Assembly: GCA_028023455.1 (NCBI GenBank)
Contig: JAQFVV010000009.1
Coordinates: 3,906,001 to 3,970,000, forward strand
Length of the DNA: 64,000 bases
Direction: 5' to 3'
Source of the DNA: Epiperipatus broadwayi
Taxonomy: Eukaryota; Animalia; Onychophora
Shown here: positions 13,409 to 26,673 of the stretch, piece by piece
How the letters are laid out: each line of letters opens with the position of its first letter
How positions within the stretch are numbered: position 1 is the first letter of the stretch
Made by a program: the position numbers and the translations under genes
Notes under the pieces: model-generated
Database searches by the model: none
Told to the model about the DNA's origin: nothing
Seen by the model: the letters and a program-made list of their open reading frames with translations, nothing else

Positions 13409-14820
13409 GTTAACATAATCTTTGTGTACATTTTTCTGTTGTTAGTATTTAGATCTCACCAATGAAAAGTAAATAATATCTATTTTTAAAGCAAATACAC
13501 ATTCCAGTGGTTTTTAAAAACACTAAGAATTAATTTTCAATAAATTGTTATTTTTCACAAATGCAACAATTCTGTCAAGGCAACAGATGATAATTATTGC
13601 TTTCACCCCATTATTCTATCTATTTTATAATCATATACTTTTAAAAAGAAGCAAAAAAAAATTACATGAAGGAACTTAGATTCCCTTCTAATAAAGCCAA
13701 GATAAGAGAGAGTTCATTCAATCTGCTTAGTTCTATTTATAAACTTTTTTCTTGGTGTAAAAGAAACCATAGCAACACTTTGCATTAACTCTTTGGTCAA
13801 TTCTAGCCAGCATCTCATAAATAAAAATATTACTATACAATAACAACAACAAAATATTTCATAATCATTATATACAGCAAACATTTACATTTTTAAAATA
13901 CAAATAAGATTCTTTCATTCCAACATAAATTAAGCAGTTAAAATAACATGGAAATAAACTTTTTTTACATGTATCTTTCAAATATAACATTATACAAATA
14001 AAACAACAAATATATTGGAGACATTAAATATTTAGGTATTATTTGGAACCTACTATTGTGAATGTAGTAAAGAAGATAGACATAATAAAGAAAATTTTAT
14101 CAAGGCTATACGCTTTATTACATACGCATTTTTTTTAAAATGAATAAAGTCAATTCACAATTTTTACAAACTACAATTAATAATAAACATTTCTTTCTCC
14201 AATGCAGTTCAGGATAATATATTCACCATTAAAATCAAACAAGAAGAGAAAAAAATTTATGACTAACATTCCATCATGTACATATGAAAATTTATTTCAG
14301 TTTTTAATAGGTATAACATATGTGTATATTGAATAAATGGAATTAAAATGTATTCTTTATTTCATGAATAAATTGTATATTATAAAAATGGCATATATAT
14401 ATAAAAGTATGACTATAATTGTTTTGGAATTGTTATGGCAACTATTGAGTATGTTTTTTTTAATGAAACCAATCAAATCCTATAAGACTGAATGTGTTTT
14501 CATAAACTACTGATTTGCTGAAGATATACTGTGTTAATTTTATTTTACTTATTGTAAGGATCATAATATGAATTACATTATGTTTTAAAATTTGTGATAG
14601 TAAATTAATTTGTATTGAATTGATATCAAACTTTCTACACTCATACCCAACTATGACACTAACTGACTAGAAATCATTATTTCATTTTTAGCCCAGATAC
14701 ATACTTTAAGTTTTAATTAAAGATGACTATTAGAGTAAACAATTCAATTCCATTCAACTTTTTTCCATTTGTAATAATGCATTTATTGCTTTAATTTTGC
14801 CACATATACTTTATTCACAG

Positions 14821-14952
14821 AATAAAGACATTTGGAAAAAAGCAAATGACCATCTCAAGCTGAATCAGCATTCATCATTTGGCCAGAAAATGATAACCAT
14901 TTATTCAGATCTTGATCTGGAGAGAATAGGTCATAATTATAAATGTAGTACA
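14821..14952 (+). CDS. Putative exon of the plus-strand gene (NKDIWKKANDHLKLNQHSSFGQKMITIYSDLDLERIGHNYKCST)
   Basis: tttattcacag acceptor and gtaagt donor; exactly 44 codons, phase 0 to 0. Confidence 0.7.
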
Positions 14953-17900
14953 GTAAGTTTAGCACCTTCTCAATAAGTTGTAGTAATTTGATATTGCTAA
15001 ATAATGAACAACAATAGTAAGAGTGTATGTTTTTGACCTGAGCCAACTGTATTTAGCAGAAAAAGCATATTGTCTTCCTTTTTCAAATGCCTTTATTCAT
15101 GTGATTTAGACTAGAGTATATGTGGGAAAATGAAAGTTTTAAAGTACATTAACTGCATATTTATTAGAATAATTGTAAGAAAGTTAAAATGATATATATA
15201 TATGATCACATTTTGTATCAGTAGTTTATAAAACTATATTCTCTATAAATATGAATTACGATATCTCTAATGTTTAAAGATAAACAATTAAACCATATAA
15301 AAATTGTTTACGGATTATGTTTTTTAACGTGTTTGCTAATATTGAGGTTTCACTGTGTTAATTTTATTTTACACGCTATATAGATTTCATAATAGGAAAT
15401 TATATATTAATAATGTAAAAAAAAAGTTTAATAGTTAAAAAGAGAGAGCTCAAGCAAAAAAACAATAATAGAAATGCATAAGAACCCACTTATTTGCAAT
15501 TTTTTAATATGTAAATATGATAAATGTAATAAATAAATAATTAATTGTTAATATATACCTAATTGATCACGATCTAGACACGTTTTAAGCTTATAATTAT
15601 TATCTATTGATAAAAAAATCGACCAATCTCAGCCTGACAAGTGCTTCGATAATATAAAATGAGAGTACTAAAGCATCATTTAGAAAACTCATTGCGAAAT
15701 AAAATATTAGATGATATATATAACCAATAGCCGAATTGTCATAGTTTATAATTTAGAAAGATTATATATATAATATTTCACAGAACTTTCTAAAGGAAGC
15801 TTCAGAGCTCTAATCTATAAATTTATATATAATGAGTAATTTTATGCTGCATGATGCTTGGCTTTTATTCTCTGTTAAGTTTTTTTTTTTTTTAATAGCA
15901 GAAAATATTGGTAGTTCTCAACTAGTAATAGCTAACTAAAAAAGATTTTAAGAGGAAGGGTCACTCTCTAAAATGCTGAGATAACTGTATACATAGATTT
16001 AAAAAAAGATAGATTAACTTTGGCATTTTGTGGGTTTTGTTACTTTAAAAGTGAAAAATATCGAGATGATAAATCGTGTTATATTATTAATAAAGCACTT
16101 GATTTATGAGTCTGGATCTAGCTTTTTCTTTTTTTACAAACATAATAATGCAGGGCAGCACTGCTTATTTGTTGTCCCTGATGTGGATCTGAGATTTCAT
16201 CATAATTTTGTAGCGATAAAAATGAGAATTTAAATAATAAAAGTAAACACATCTAAAGGGGGGGGGGGAGAGTGAAATATTGTTTAAAATGTTTGAAAGA
16301 TATCATTCGTTCAGATTTTTATTAGCAAAAAGATATTTCTTAAAATAGCAAGTGGAAAACATTAAAAAGCAGTCTAACAAAGATATGAAAAATAGGATGT
16401 CAAACTGAACACATGTATATAATATAGCTCAGATGGTTAAATAAAAGATAAAGACAAACTATGGCGTGTGTGTACATAACTGTGTAACATCCCTTACTAA
16501 TTGTGAAGCAATATTTTTATATATACTGTCAGTGTACCAGGGCTTACTTTATTTTCTAGATACAAATTTTAATACATCCATTTACTAATTAATATTGAAT
16601 GACTCACTAAGTTGCTTAAGAAATTCTCAACTCCCTGGAAATATCACTCAATTTTGCTTTTAATTTGAACTATAGATTATATTGCAAGGTCATTCAAGAT
16701 TAGAAGAGGAAAAAAATCGAAAGCAAAACAGAATTAGTTTGAGATAAAAATATCATTAAAAGTACTGAAAAATAAATTATCTAAATTAAATAAAAGTATA
16801 GGATAATAAAAAAAGAAACTATTAAAAAAAGAGGAATCTGATTTAGTTTATGGAATATAAAACAATATGAAAAAATATTTATAAAGCAACTTTCCAAGAT
16901 GATTTTTGTTCTTACACAAATGGGAAGATTCCATAAAGTATAGCAGATGACATTGAACAATAGTGTGGAGATAATTTGTCTTTGTTCAATGTTATTATAA
17001 CGAATAGATAAAGCTGAAGGAATTTAATTCAAGAAAGCATTATAAACTTATTGGAGCTGTGTTTATATTTTCGATGATGATGCAAAAAAAAAAGTAAAAA
17101 CAAAATAAAACGATTGAAAGTTGTTGAATGATTAATACAATTATAAAAAGAAATGCCCATTAAAAAAATTAAATAAATAGCCCTTAATAATGCAAAGATT
17201 CATTAAAGTTTGATATATACTTCTAAATATAACTATTGAGAGCAAGATATTATAACTTATGATAATGAAATAGAAGAAGTCTTCTGGATAATTATTCTGC
17301 CTGGATTTAGGCATACAATTTAATATATAATCTATCTTTTATAAATTTTCAATAAGTACACTTTCAATATACTGCATTCAAAAAAACAGGAAATTAAAAA
17401 TTGAAAAAACTAATAAAAAATTATTATTTTTAATTAATTCATAATGCAACCACTAATATGTGATAACAAAAATATCACATGAAAGTGTTAAACTTTTAAA
17501 TATATATATATATAATGTATGTTGCAGCTTGAAGAAATCTGTTGTTCTATCAAAACTGTCAGCTGTTTTTAGAAATTTGTAGTAATAAAATATTATAATT
17601 GCATTGTGTAAACTACATAAAAAGAGTGTTTTAGTATTGTTTGTATATATTAGTAAAAATAAACTATCTTAATTATTTAATTTTAAATGCTATAATGTTT
17701 TTACTTTAAAGTAAAAAATAGAAAACAGCAGTAGTTGAAAGTAAAACATCTTTTAAATAACTTACAGCATGATAAAGAGCTTTCCAGCATTCTTCTATAT
17801 ATATAAAAAAAAGAATGGAGAAGAAAATATTTATCAGACTAGTAAAGTAGCAGATAGTGAAGATTTATAATTTTATTTTTTGATTTTATTATCTGTCTAA

Positions 17901-19636
17901 TAATAACTTAACCTCCGTGTATTGATTAATAATTGGATATATAGCTGAAATCATTATAGGAATCTGTCAGAAGAAAACATTCTAAATCTTCTGGGGAACT
18001 TTTTTTTTCAAGTCTTCACTTGGCTTGCTTTCAAACATTAAATCATGGGCATGACATTTATATACACTATTCACTGTTATTGAAAAGACAATGAAATATT
18101 TAAGCACCATCTATATTAAATTTAATTAAACATCTCATATTGTCATTCAGTTGTAAAAAAGGAACCAATTTTGATTACAGCTAGAGTTATTTATTAGAGA
18201 AGCAAATATAGATAATGATTTTTGCAATAACCAGCATCAATTTTACAGAAGTGTTTCTACAGTCTAATTCAAACTGATCTTAAGTAATATTCACAAGATA
18301 AAGTCTCTAAGTATTCATTTTAATCCTAATGTAAATTCCCATTTCATCATAATTATTATTTTTAGGAATGGTGAAATCTCCAAATGCCATCAAAACTTTA
18401 TTATGAATTGTATTTATGTATAAATAGATATTTGAACATTGAAAGTTACCCATAGGCTTTAAGGTCCTTTGACACCCACTCTACTTCTGTATTAAATTAT
18501 GCAGAGCTTTATTACCTAGAAGATTGGGAATTCACTAATAGACAATATAATGCAGTAGAAAGTGACATGACATACAGAATTTTGGCTGAGAATTGATAAG
18601 TAGCTAAGTTTCATTCATACTTCTTTATAAGATGTATTCCAATAAAATAATCTTTAAATTATGAATTAAATCAATATGTTCAGAAGGAAAATTTATATTA
18701 AAAATTCTTCCACAACATAGTAATACATTTAACAAATTAATTGGAGTTCATAGAGTCTTACAGGATTTATACATTCTAATTTTGATGAAGTATGAAAAGT
18801 GCTTGGAGTAAATTAAATTTAAACCATTAATTTATATTGATTAATAGTAGATAAAATGAAAAAAACATACATGTATAATTTGACTAATTTTAGTTTATCA
18901 TTGTAATATTCTTTAGACATATTCATGAAAATAATAAGCAAGTTTATCACTCAAAATGTCATTAATGATTTGATCTTCCATATTTAGGCTATAGTAAATT
19001 CAGGAAAATATCACAACTCAAATGATAACCTGTCTGACTTTTGAGATGTTGGTAGCAATATATAGTGATACTAATGGTGTAGCTTTAACATTGAATAAAA
19101 GCAATCTGCTCAAAACAAATTTTGATAATAATGATTTCTGGAATTATAAAATAGTTCTTGTAATGGATTAAAAGTTTTATGATTTGCTAATAGCAAATGA
19201 AATATTTATGAGATCTCTAAAGATCAGAAGTAAAGAAAATATAGTGATCTGTGATACTAAAATGAGATAGAAAAAAAAGTTTTGGGACTTGTTCCAATTA
19301 TATATTATACAAAATAAATTTAAAAAAATATTAACACAAGTGGTAAATTGTGTAATACCTTTACTGGGTTTATATAGATCTGAAGGGATATTATAGTATT
19401 TTAACTAAATAGCTCTATTGGTAAGATAATCTTTAAATAACATTAACTTAGCACAGGTGTTGTGTCAGGAATTGATGAGATGCAGATAATACTTTATTCC
19501 TATTATCATAACCAAATGTATTTTTAAAATCTGACAGACTAATGACAAGAACAGTACATTTATGCACTTTAGAAAAAAAAACAGCTTATTGCATTCAAAA
19601 AATAACTTGGGAACCACAATTTCTCTATAGCAAGAT

Positions 19637-19844
19637 CTCACATGATCACCATTTCTTATGCTTGCTCATAACTGGTGTTAAAACAGGCAAAACTCTCCAT
19701 ACAGTAGTGCCACTCAGTACAAACCAAAGTAATCAATGGATATCAAAAGGCTTGTGCATGTAGGGTTTTTATGATTTCTGGCATCCATTGATTACTTGGG
19801 CTTGCATTTCATGGCATTACTGTATGGAGAGTTTTGCCTGTTTT
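19637..19844 (-). mobile_element. Family A copy 2 (hairpin of two opposed 3' portions, no HHR)
   Basis: Shares aaaacaggcaaaactctccatacagtagtgccac with the other copies. 11-bp TSD tatagcaagat at 19626-19636 and 19845-19855. Confidence 0.8.
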
Positions 19845-20715
19845 TATAGCAAGATGTGAGATGGATAATGTTAGTAGAATTACTCATTTAATTTTTTAAG
19901 TGTGCTAACATTTGATTGGTATTGAATTGTCCATTGAAGAATATATTATTAAAATAATATTTTGGGGATTAGTAGAGCTGTTTTGTTTAAATACAATTGA
20001 TTAAAGCAAACACATAAAATCAGAATAACAAGGTGATGTAAAGATTTGTAAATACTAACTGGACTTAGATCAGCTACAAAGGTAGTGTGATGTAGCAGAT
20101 ATGAAATTTTCTGAACATTTTTACTACTAATATTGTAGTTAGAAAATTTCAGTGACCAAATCTACTGAGTGGAGATCACTTGTTAAGTGATTATAGCAAG
20201 TTTAGCTTTAAATATTCAGAAATATTATATTGTCTTTAGTACCAAAGACACTCTAGTTACTTTTTTAAAAATTATCCATGAAGCAAGATAAATATGTGGC
20301 TTAGCATAATTTAATGTGATTTTAGTGTTTAAAAAAGTTAGCTTCCTCTTATAACTTATAGATTAACAAAGACTGCCTCAAAATAAGAAGTGGCATTAAC
20401 TGCAGAGTTAAGATTCTCAAGCAGTAAATTTAAGTACATTTTAATAATTAAAATCCATAAATTAATGCATACAGATATTATGTAGGATGTACTTAAATTG
20501 CAACCACTACTAAAAGTAACTTGGATATAATTAAGGAAGAAATCCTTTGTTTTGTTACAGTGTTTAGGAATAAATAGAATAACTTTAAAAGTAATACAAA
20601 TTTGTTATTTAAAAATATGTATATATATTTTAAAAAGATATTTTTGTTATATTTGTAAATTTATTTTGTTTGGACTAAGATTAATTTGGGGATTAATTAG
20701 TTCAAATGCTTATAG

Positions 20716-20835
20716 CTTTGTGATGTGTTTACCCAACTGGAATGCAGAAGATTCCAGTTCACATCTGGAAAAACAGTGTCTTGTCTTGTTGAAAAAATTT
20801 ATTGGAATGAGATAATGCTTTGGAGTTCTTCATAA
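20716..20835 (+). CDS. Putative terminal coding exon of the plus-strand gene (LCDVFTQLECRRFQFTSGKTVSCLVEKIYWNEIMLWSSS*)
   Basis: atgcttatag acceptor; phase 0 matches the 14821-14952 exon; ends in TAA. Confidence 0.55.
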   Translation, partial: LCDVFTQLECRRFQFTSGKTVSCLVEKIYWNEIMLWSSS

Positions 20836-23800
20836 TTATTGAATAGTTTTTTGCAAAGTGTAAAAATTTCCTCAAAATATAAATATTAGTGATTTTAATT
20901 ATTAAAAACAATACTGAACTAAGGATATTTGTTCCAGGGATTTAGAAAAAAAAATTGATCTTTTAAAAAAATATTTTGTAGTTTTAAAAGTCATATTCAT
21001 GAATATTGTATAGTTTTAAAAAAACATTAAATTAAAAATCTTTTTTTTTATTTTTAGAGAGAAATTGAATAGAGAATATAATATTTTTATTAAGATTGTA
21101 ATGAAATTTTATCATTTAATTTTAATAAATATTTTACTATTTATATTATCAAAAAAAAAAATTATGAACACATTATTGTAGAGTCACATTAGGTTTAATT
21201 ATGTCATTGTTTGCCATTGTCATGTGAGAAGCTTTTTTAAATTTTCTTATTTATATCTTTTCAAATGTTATTTGCATCAATTTGGCTAAAATTCAGTTGT
21301 TGTTTTTTTATCTATTTGAGTATTTACTATTATAATAAAGCACATTATTTTCAGTACAGTAGACACTATGTTCAGGAACATTTAAAACTTCAAAACTCTA
21401 GGTTTTTATTTATTCTGTAAAATAAATAGTAGTCCATGGCAAATTTATTGTATGGGAGATATGAATCTTTTACTACTGCAACATAAAAAAACAGAAAACG
21501 TCATTATTTTTTATGATATTCTGAAAATATGATGGTAAGATAATAGACCTATGAATGTTTTTTGGAATGCGTTTGATAATATATATATACACACACACTG
21601 TGTATCTTCAATGTGTGCTATTACAATTAGAAAATATAAAAAGTTATTTTTCACTTTAGGATATTACATACGTGCATAACATAGGAAAATTATTGATGCT
21701 TTTAAATTGTGCTAGTAAAGACTTTGAAAAAAAAAACTATGCATATTAAAAAAAATAAACAAACAAATACTTTATTTATTTAAAACTATTTACACAGATT
21801 TCTTGGCATTTTATTTTTTTTTAAGTCACTGCAACAAAAATCCTGATCCAGAATTGTCTTTAATAATTCAAATTATTAGTATTAGTGCTTTGAGAAGACT
21901 TTTGCACTTTTCACTAATTATAAAGAACTCAGAGGCAATATATTAATTAATTTTCTTAATGTTTTATTTAATTCATTTTATCCATGTAGAAATTATTTTA
22001 GTTTTATGCAGTTTGTTATTGAAAATTATAGTAAATCCTATTCTTTTTTTTTATTTGTTTATTTTTTATGTATAATGATTAAAATTTATAAATGCTTTAT
22101 CTCCATAAATGTAATATATATATATACGCACACAAAGCTTTGCTCTCAATGTAGTTTTTGTATTTGTATATATATTTGTAAAGTATACTATATTAATGCT
22201 GAAACTTTAGTATAATAAGATATGGAAACAATTATAATGTTTTTGAGAGAATTGAAAAAAGTTATTAATATGATGATTGCTATATGTTGTAATAAACTTG
22301 GTAGTATCTAATAATAGTACTATATTTATTAAATTAAAACCTATGTTCATGTGAAAAAATTTATTAATAAGCAATTATAAATTAATGTTATTTTTGTCTT
22401 AAAAATAGTAGCAATACACAGTATTTAAATTAATTAACTTTGTTTGACCTTTAGTATTAAAACAAATTTATTCAATAACTTCAGTAAGAGTTAAAAATTT
22501 AGAAAAAAAAACAATTACAATATAAGTTTCTAAGCTAGCAGAATATCAGTCATAGGAAAAAAATAATAATGTTTATTCTGAAATTAAAAGCTATGAAAAT
22601 ATATCAGTTATTGATTATACTTATTTACATCAAACTTAATATTCCTCTACAAGAGTTAAGAGGGAAAAATGGGAGAGGATGTGACTCTCAGCTTAAATAA
22701 ATATTTCACAGAACTTTATAACTTTTTCTATAATTTATTGTGCTACTGCTTTAGCATTAACATTGTATACATTATAAAATAAGCAAAAAAACAAAGATTA
22801 GGATTTGACATAACTTTCGGTAGCAAACTGTGTAGGACTGCATGAATAGTATATATTGAATAAAGTATTAAGAAGATTAATTAATGTTTTTGCTTTCTAT
22901 ACTCTGATTTGCCTTTGTGTTATTGTTTAGTTCCAATATACTGATAAGACCTTTTTGTTTTGTTCTTATTTGATGCTCAGTTGAAAAATTATTCACAAAC
23001 CTGCTAATTGTGATTAAATTTGGAAAAAAATATAAGTTTTATTTTTATTATTTAATTACATATTTGAATTTCTAGATGTTTATATGGATTTAATTTTTAT
23101 TGGGAAGATTATAAAAAGTTCATATTTTCTTTGATGGAGGTTGAAGAAAGGTCAATAAATTTGTAGCTAATGTGTACATTTATTATTCTCTTATTTTCTT
23201 AAAAAACAATATTAGCATTGTGCAGTTTTAAAGATGTTCCAGAAAAAGAATAATATTTATGAAAATAAGAATATGAATATTAAAAGATAAAAGCATGTTA
23301 TTTTTAAAAGCTTGAAATATAAAAATTTTGTTTAAATTGTTTCATAATTAATGCTTATAAATGTGTGTTTTAATATCCAGATTTGAAAGTAGTTTTGAAT
23401 CCATCTAAGGATTCTAAAACAAATTATCCAAGAATATATTACATTTAGTTAAACTATATTAAGGCTAAAGTCATTATTGTTTAAAATTGTAAAAAGTTTT
23501 AAATTCATTATACAGGTATTCTTCTATATATTCCTAATATTATTTGAATAATACAACATGATGTTTTATTTGATGATAAAAAGAAAAGACAGTTTCAAAT
23601 TAAATAACCAAAGTGAAAGTTTAATAATGTATTGAAATACTTACATAAGTTTAAAATTTAAAAAATCTATTAATCAACCACATTGTTAATAGACTAAAGT
23701 CACTGTCTCTCTGTTATATGTTACCTGCTTCACAAATAGAAATATTTGTCTCTATACATTACATGTTTTCTTCAATTAAAGGTCCTTCATTTGTTCTTGG

Positions 23801-24049
23801 ATTATGCCTTAACAAGCTTATTCTATATACTTAAGGTATTTGGTTTTATTTGTATGTAAAGTTTGTTAATAAATATTTTTATTTATTTTTATGATTTATT
23901 TTTATTTATGTCTTTTTTATATATTATAAATATTTACTTAATTCTAAGAAATAATACTCCTTTATGTTGTTTTTCTTATAATCAATGAAATATAATATAA
24001 ATCTTTATTATATAATAATAACAACTTTTAAATACATCACAGAAAAATT

Positions 24050-24108
24050 ATATATATAAAAGCCTTTTTCGGTAATTCTAAATTTTTTTACCCTTCTCAA
24101 TATGATAC
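24050..24108 (-). ncRNA. Candidate variant minimal hammerhead ribozyme (U3-A8 core) in the PLE 3' end
   Basis: Exact reverse complement of 28727-28785. Confidence 0.6.
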
Positions 24109-24201
24109 CTCGTACTAATACTAACACGTATATTACGTATATAGCGACATCTACTGACATTTCCTATAATTCATTATTTTTATCATTTTATTTATCTCCC
24201 C

Positions 24202-25854
24202 TTATATTACCTTCCATTCTTTATCCATTACCCAATCATTCATTAAATCAATTGACTTTTTGTAAATGTTCATACATGTATTTATATTATATTTTATATA
24301 GTTTGTTTCATATATTTTCCTTCTATTCATTTCCTTTATATAATTTAATGGTCTTATGTTTTTAATACAATCTATTTTATGTCCAAATTTTAAATAATGA
24401 ACATATAATGCTGATCTATCATCCCTCCTTTCAATAGCACTATTATGTTCTTTTGCCCTTTGTTCTAATTGTTTTGATGTTTGTCCATAGTAAACCATTT
24501 TACATATCCCACAAGTAATTTTATATACTGTTCCCTTTATATATTTCATATCATCTTTAATCTTATAATTTCCTATTAATATATCTAAATTTTTACTATT
24601 AGACCATCCTATTTTTATATTTTTATTCATATAATTTTTATTTTTAGTTAATATATCATAAATTTTAGGTGTATATGCAATTTTAATCCATTTTATATTG
24701 TTTAATATTTTATTCCCTCTAATATTATTTTTATTATCATATAATATATTCCTAATACTTCTAGGATTATATCCATAGCTAGAATATAATTTAATAAATT
24801 GTTCTTTTTGTACTTCAGCGGTTTTTTTATCTGTGTTATACCTATCATTTTTAATTTTAAAATTCTTAATTACTGCCATCTTTTGTGTCCATGCTTGTTG
24901 TGAATCCTTATAAATTATTTTTCTTATTTTATCTTCTTTAATAAAATGATTTAATACAATCATGTTATTGTTTATCTTTATTTCTATATCTAAATATTTT
25001 ATTTTATTATCTATTTCTTTTATTGTAAACTTTATATTATTTTTATTATTATTAAATTCATTATATATATTTTTTATAACTCTTTTATTCCCTATTACTA
25101 AGATATCATCTACATATCGAAAATACTCTTTTATTTCTTTATTTATTATTCTATTCTTGACAATATGTAATTCCATTTCATTTATAAATATTGAAGCCAT
25201 TAATCCACTTATTGCACATCCCATAACCCATCCCTTATTTATATTCCAATATTCATCTTTATATTTAAAATATAAGCTATTATTTATTAAATTTAACCCC
25301 TGTTCCATAATGTCAATTATTTCCATATCCTGTATATACATTTTTAATTTTTGTATAACTATTTTAATACTTTCATCCCTAGGTATACTTGGATACATTT
25401 TCTCTATATCCATTACAAAAATACTTTGATTTCTATTCATTTTTATTATATTTAACCTATCTATAATTTCATCAGTATTTTTAATACAAAATTCCCCATA
25501 CCCCATAATATTTGCTATCCATTTATTTATATATCTACAAAATTTCTGTAAAATGAAATTTGAAAAGTTAAATAATAATCTTAATGGATTATCCTCTTTT
25601 TGTGTTTTTACTTTAGTAAATATATATGGATTTTCATACATTGATGGATACAAAAATCCATACTTATTTTTATCAATAATTCCTTTCCCTTCCATTTTAT
25701 GTAATATCTCTATATATTTACTTTTTATATTATTAGTAGGATCTTTAAATAATTTTATATATCCTTCCTTTTTTATCTCATTTTCTATCTTATCTATATA
25801 ATCTTTAGAATACATTATAACAAATCTACTACCTTTATCTTCTTTACATAACAC
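24202..25854 (-). CDS. PLE polyprotein: RT + GIY-YIG endonuclease (5'-truncated, 550 aa)
   Basis: RT motifs DIEKMYPSIP, GWVMGCAISG, YFRYVDDIL, IKYLDIEI. GIY-YIG: GTVYKITCGICKMVYYGQT..LEQRAKEH..SALYVH..FGH. A 1-bp deletion near 25937 separates the upstream coding part. Confidence 0.95.
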   Translation of the reverse strand: MLCKEDKGSRFVIMYSKDYIDKIENEIKKEGYIKLFKDPTNNIKSKYIEILHKMEGKGIIDKNKYGFLYPSMYENPYIFTKVKTQKEDNPLRLLFNFSNFILQKFCRYINKWIANIMGYGEFCIKNTDEIIDRLNIIKMNRNQSIFVMDIEKMYPSIPRDESIKIVIQKLKMYIQDMEIIDIMEQGLNLINNSLYFKYKDEYWNINKGWVMGCAISGLMASIFINEMELHIVKNRIINKEIKEYFRYVDDILVIGNKRVIKNIYNEFNNNKNNIKFTIKEIDNKIKYLDIEIKINNNMIVLNHFIKEDKIRKIIYKDSQQAWTQKMAVIKNFKIKNDRYNTDKKTAEVQKEQFIKLYSSYGYNPRSIRNILYDNKNNIRGNKILNNIKWIKIAYTPKIYDILTKNKNYMNKNIKIGWSNSKNLDILIGNYKIKDDMKYIKGTVYKITCGICKMVYYGQTSKQLEQRAKEHNSAIERRDDRSALYVHYLKFGHKIDCIKNIRPLNYIKEMNRRKIYETNYIKYNINTCMNIYKKSIDLMNDWVMDKEWKVI

Positions 25855-26218
25855 TATATTCTCTTTTCTACATATATTTCTTATTTCTTTAGTAGTTCTT
25901 TTATATTTATATTCCCTTTGTGAACATTTAATATTTCTAATTGTTTGTTCAATAAATAGTTCATTTTCCTTTTATCTACTGTAGAAATATTTGCTAATTC
26001 TATGTCCGGAGTTATCTTCTTTTTAATGTCTTTATCCACAAATGGTATAAAATAAGGAGACTTACTTAATAGTTGATTTTGCTCCGTTGAGAATTTATAT
26101 TTTGTTAGATTTATAAAATTATCTTTTATTCTGTTATTGTAATTAATATATAAAAATAGGATGGTCTAATAGTAAAAATTTAGATATATTAATAGGAAAT
26201 TATAAGATTAAAGATGAT

Positions 26219-26566
26219 ATGAAATATATAAAGGGAACATTATATAAAATTACTTGTGGGATATGTAAAATGGTTTACTATGGACAAACATCAAAACAAT
26301 TAGAACAAAGGGCAAAAGAACATAATAGTGCTATTAAAAGAAGGAATGATAGATCAGCATTATATGTTCATTATTTAAAATTTGGACATGAAATAGATTG
26401 TATTAAAAACATAAGACCATTAAATTATATAAAGGAAATGAATAGAAGGAAAATATATGAAACAAACTATATAAAATATAATATAAATACATGTATGAAC
26501 ATTTACACAAAGTCAATTGATTTAATGAATGATTGGGTAATGGATAAAGAATGGAAAGTAATATAA
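26219..26566 (+). CDS. GIY-YIG domain within the central partial pLTR
   Basis: 115-aa ORF differing from the 28286 ORF at five residues. Confidence 0.85.
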   Translation: MKYIKGTLYKITCGICKMVYYGQTSKQLEQRAKEHNSAIKRRNDRSALYVHYLKFGHEIDCIKNIRPLNYIKEMNRRKIYETNYIKYNINTCMNIYTKSIDLMNDWVMDKEWKVI

Positions 26567-26673
26567 GGGGAGATAAATAAAATGATAAAAAATAATGAAT
26601 TATAGAAAATGTCAGTAGATGTCGCTATGTACGTAATATACGTGTTAGTATTAGTATGAGGTAACATAAAGAA

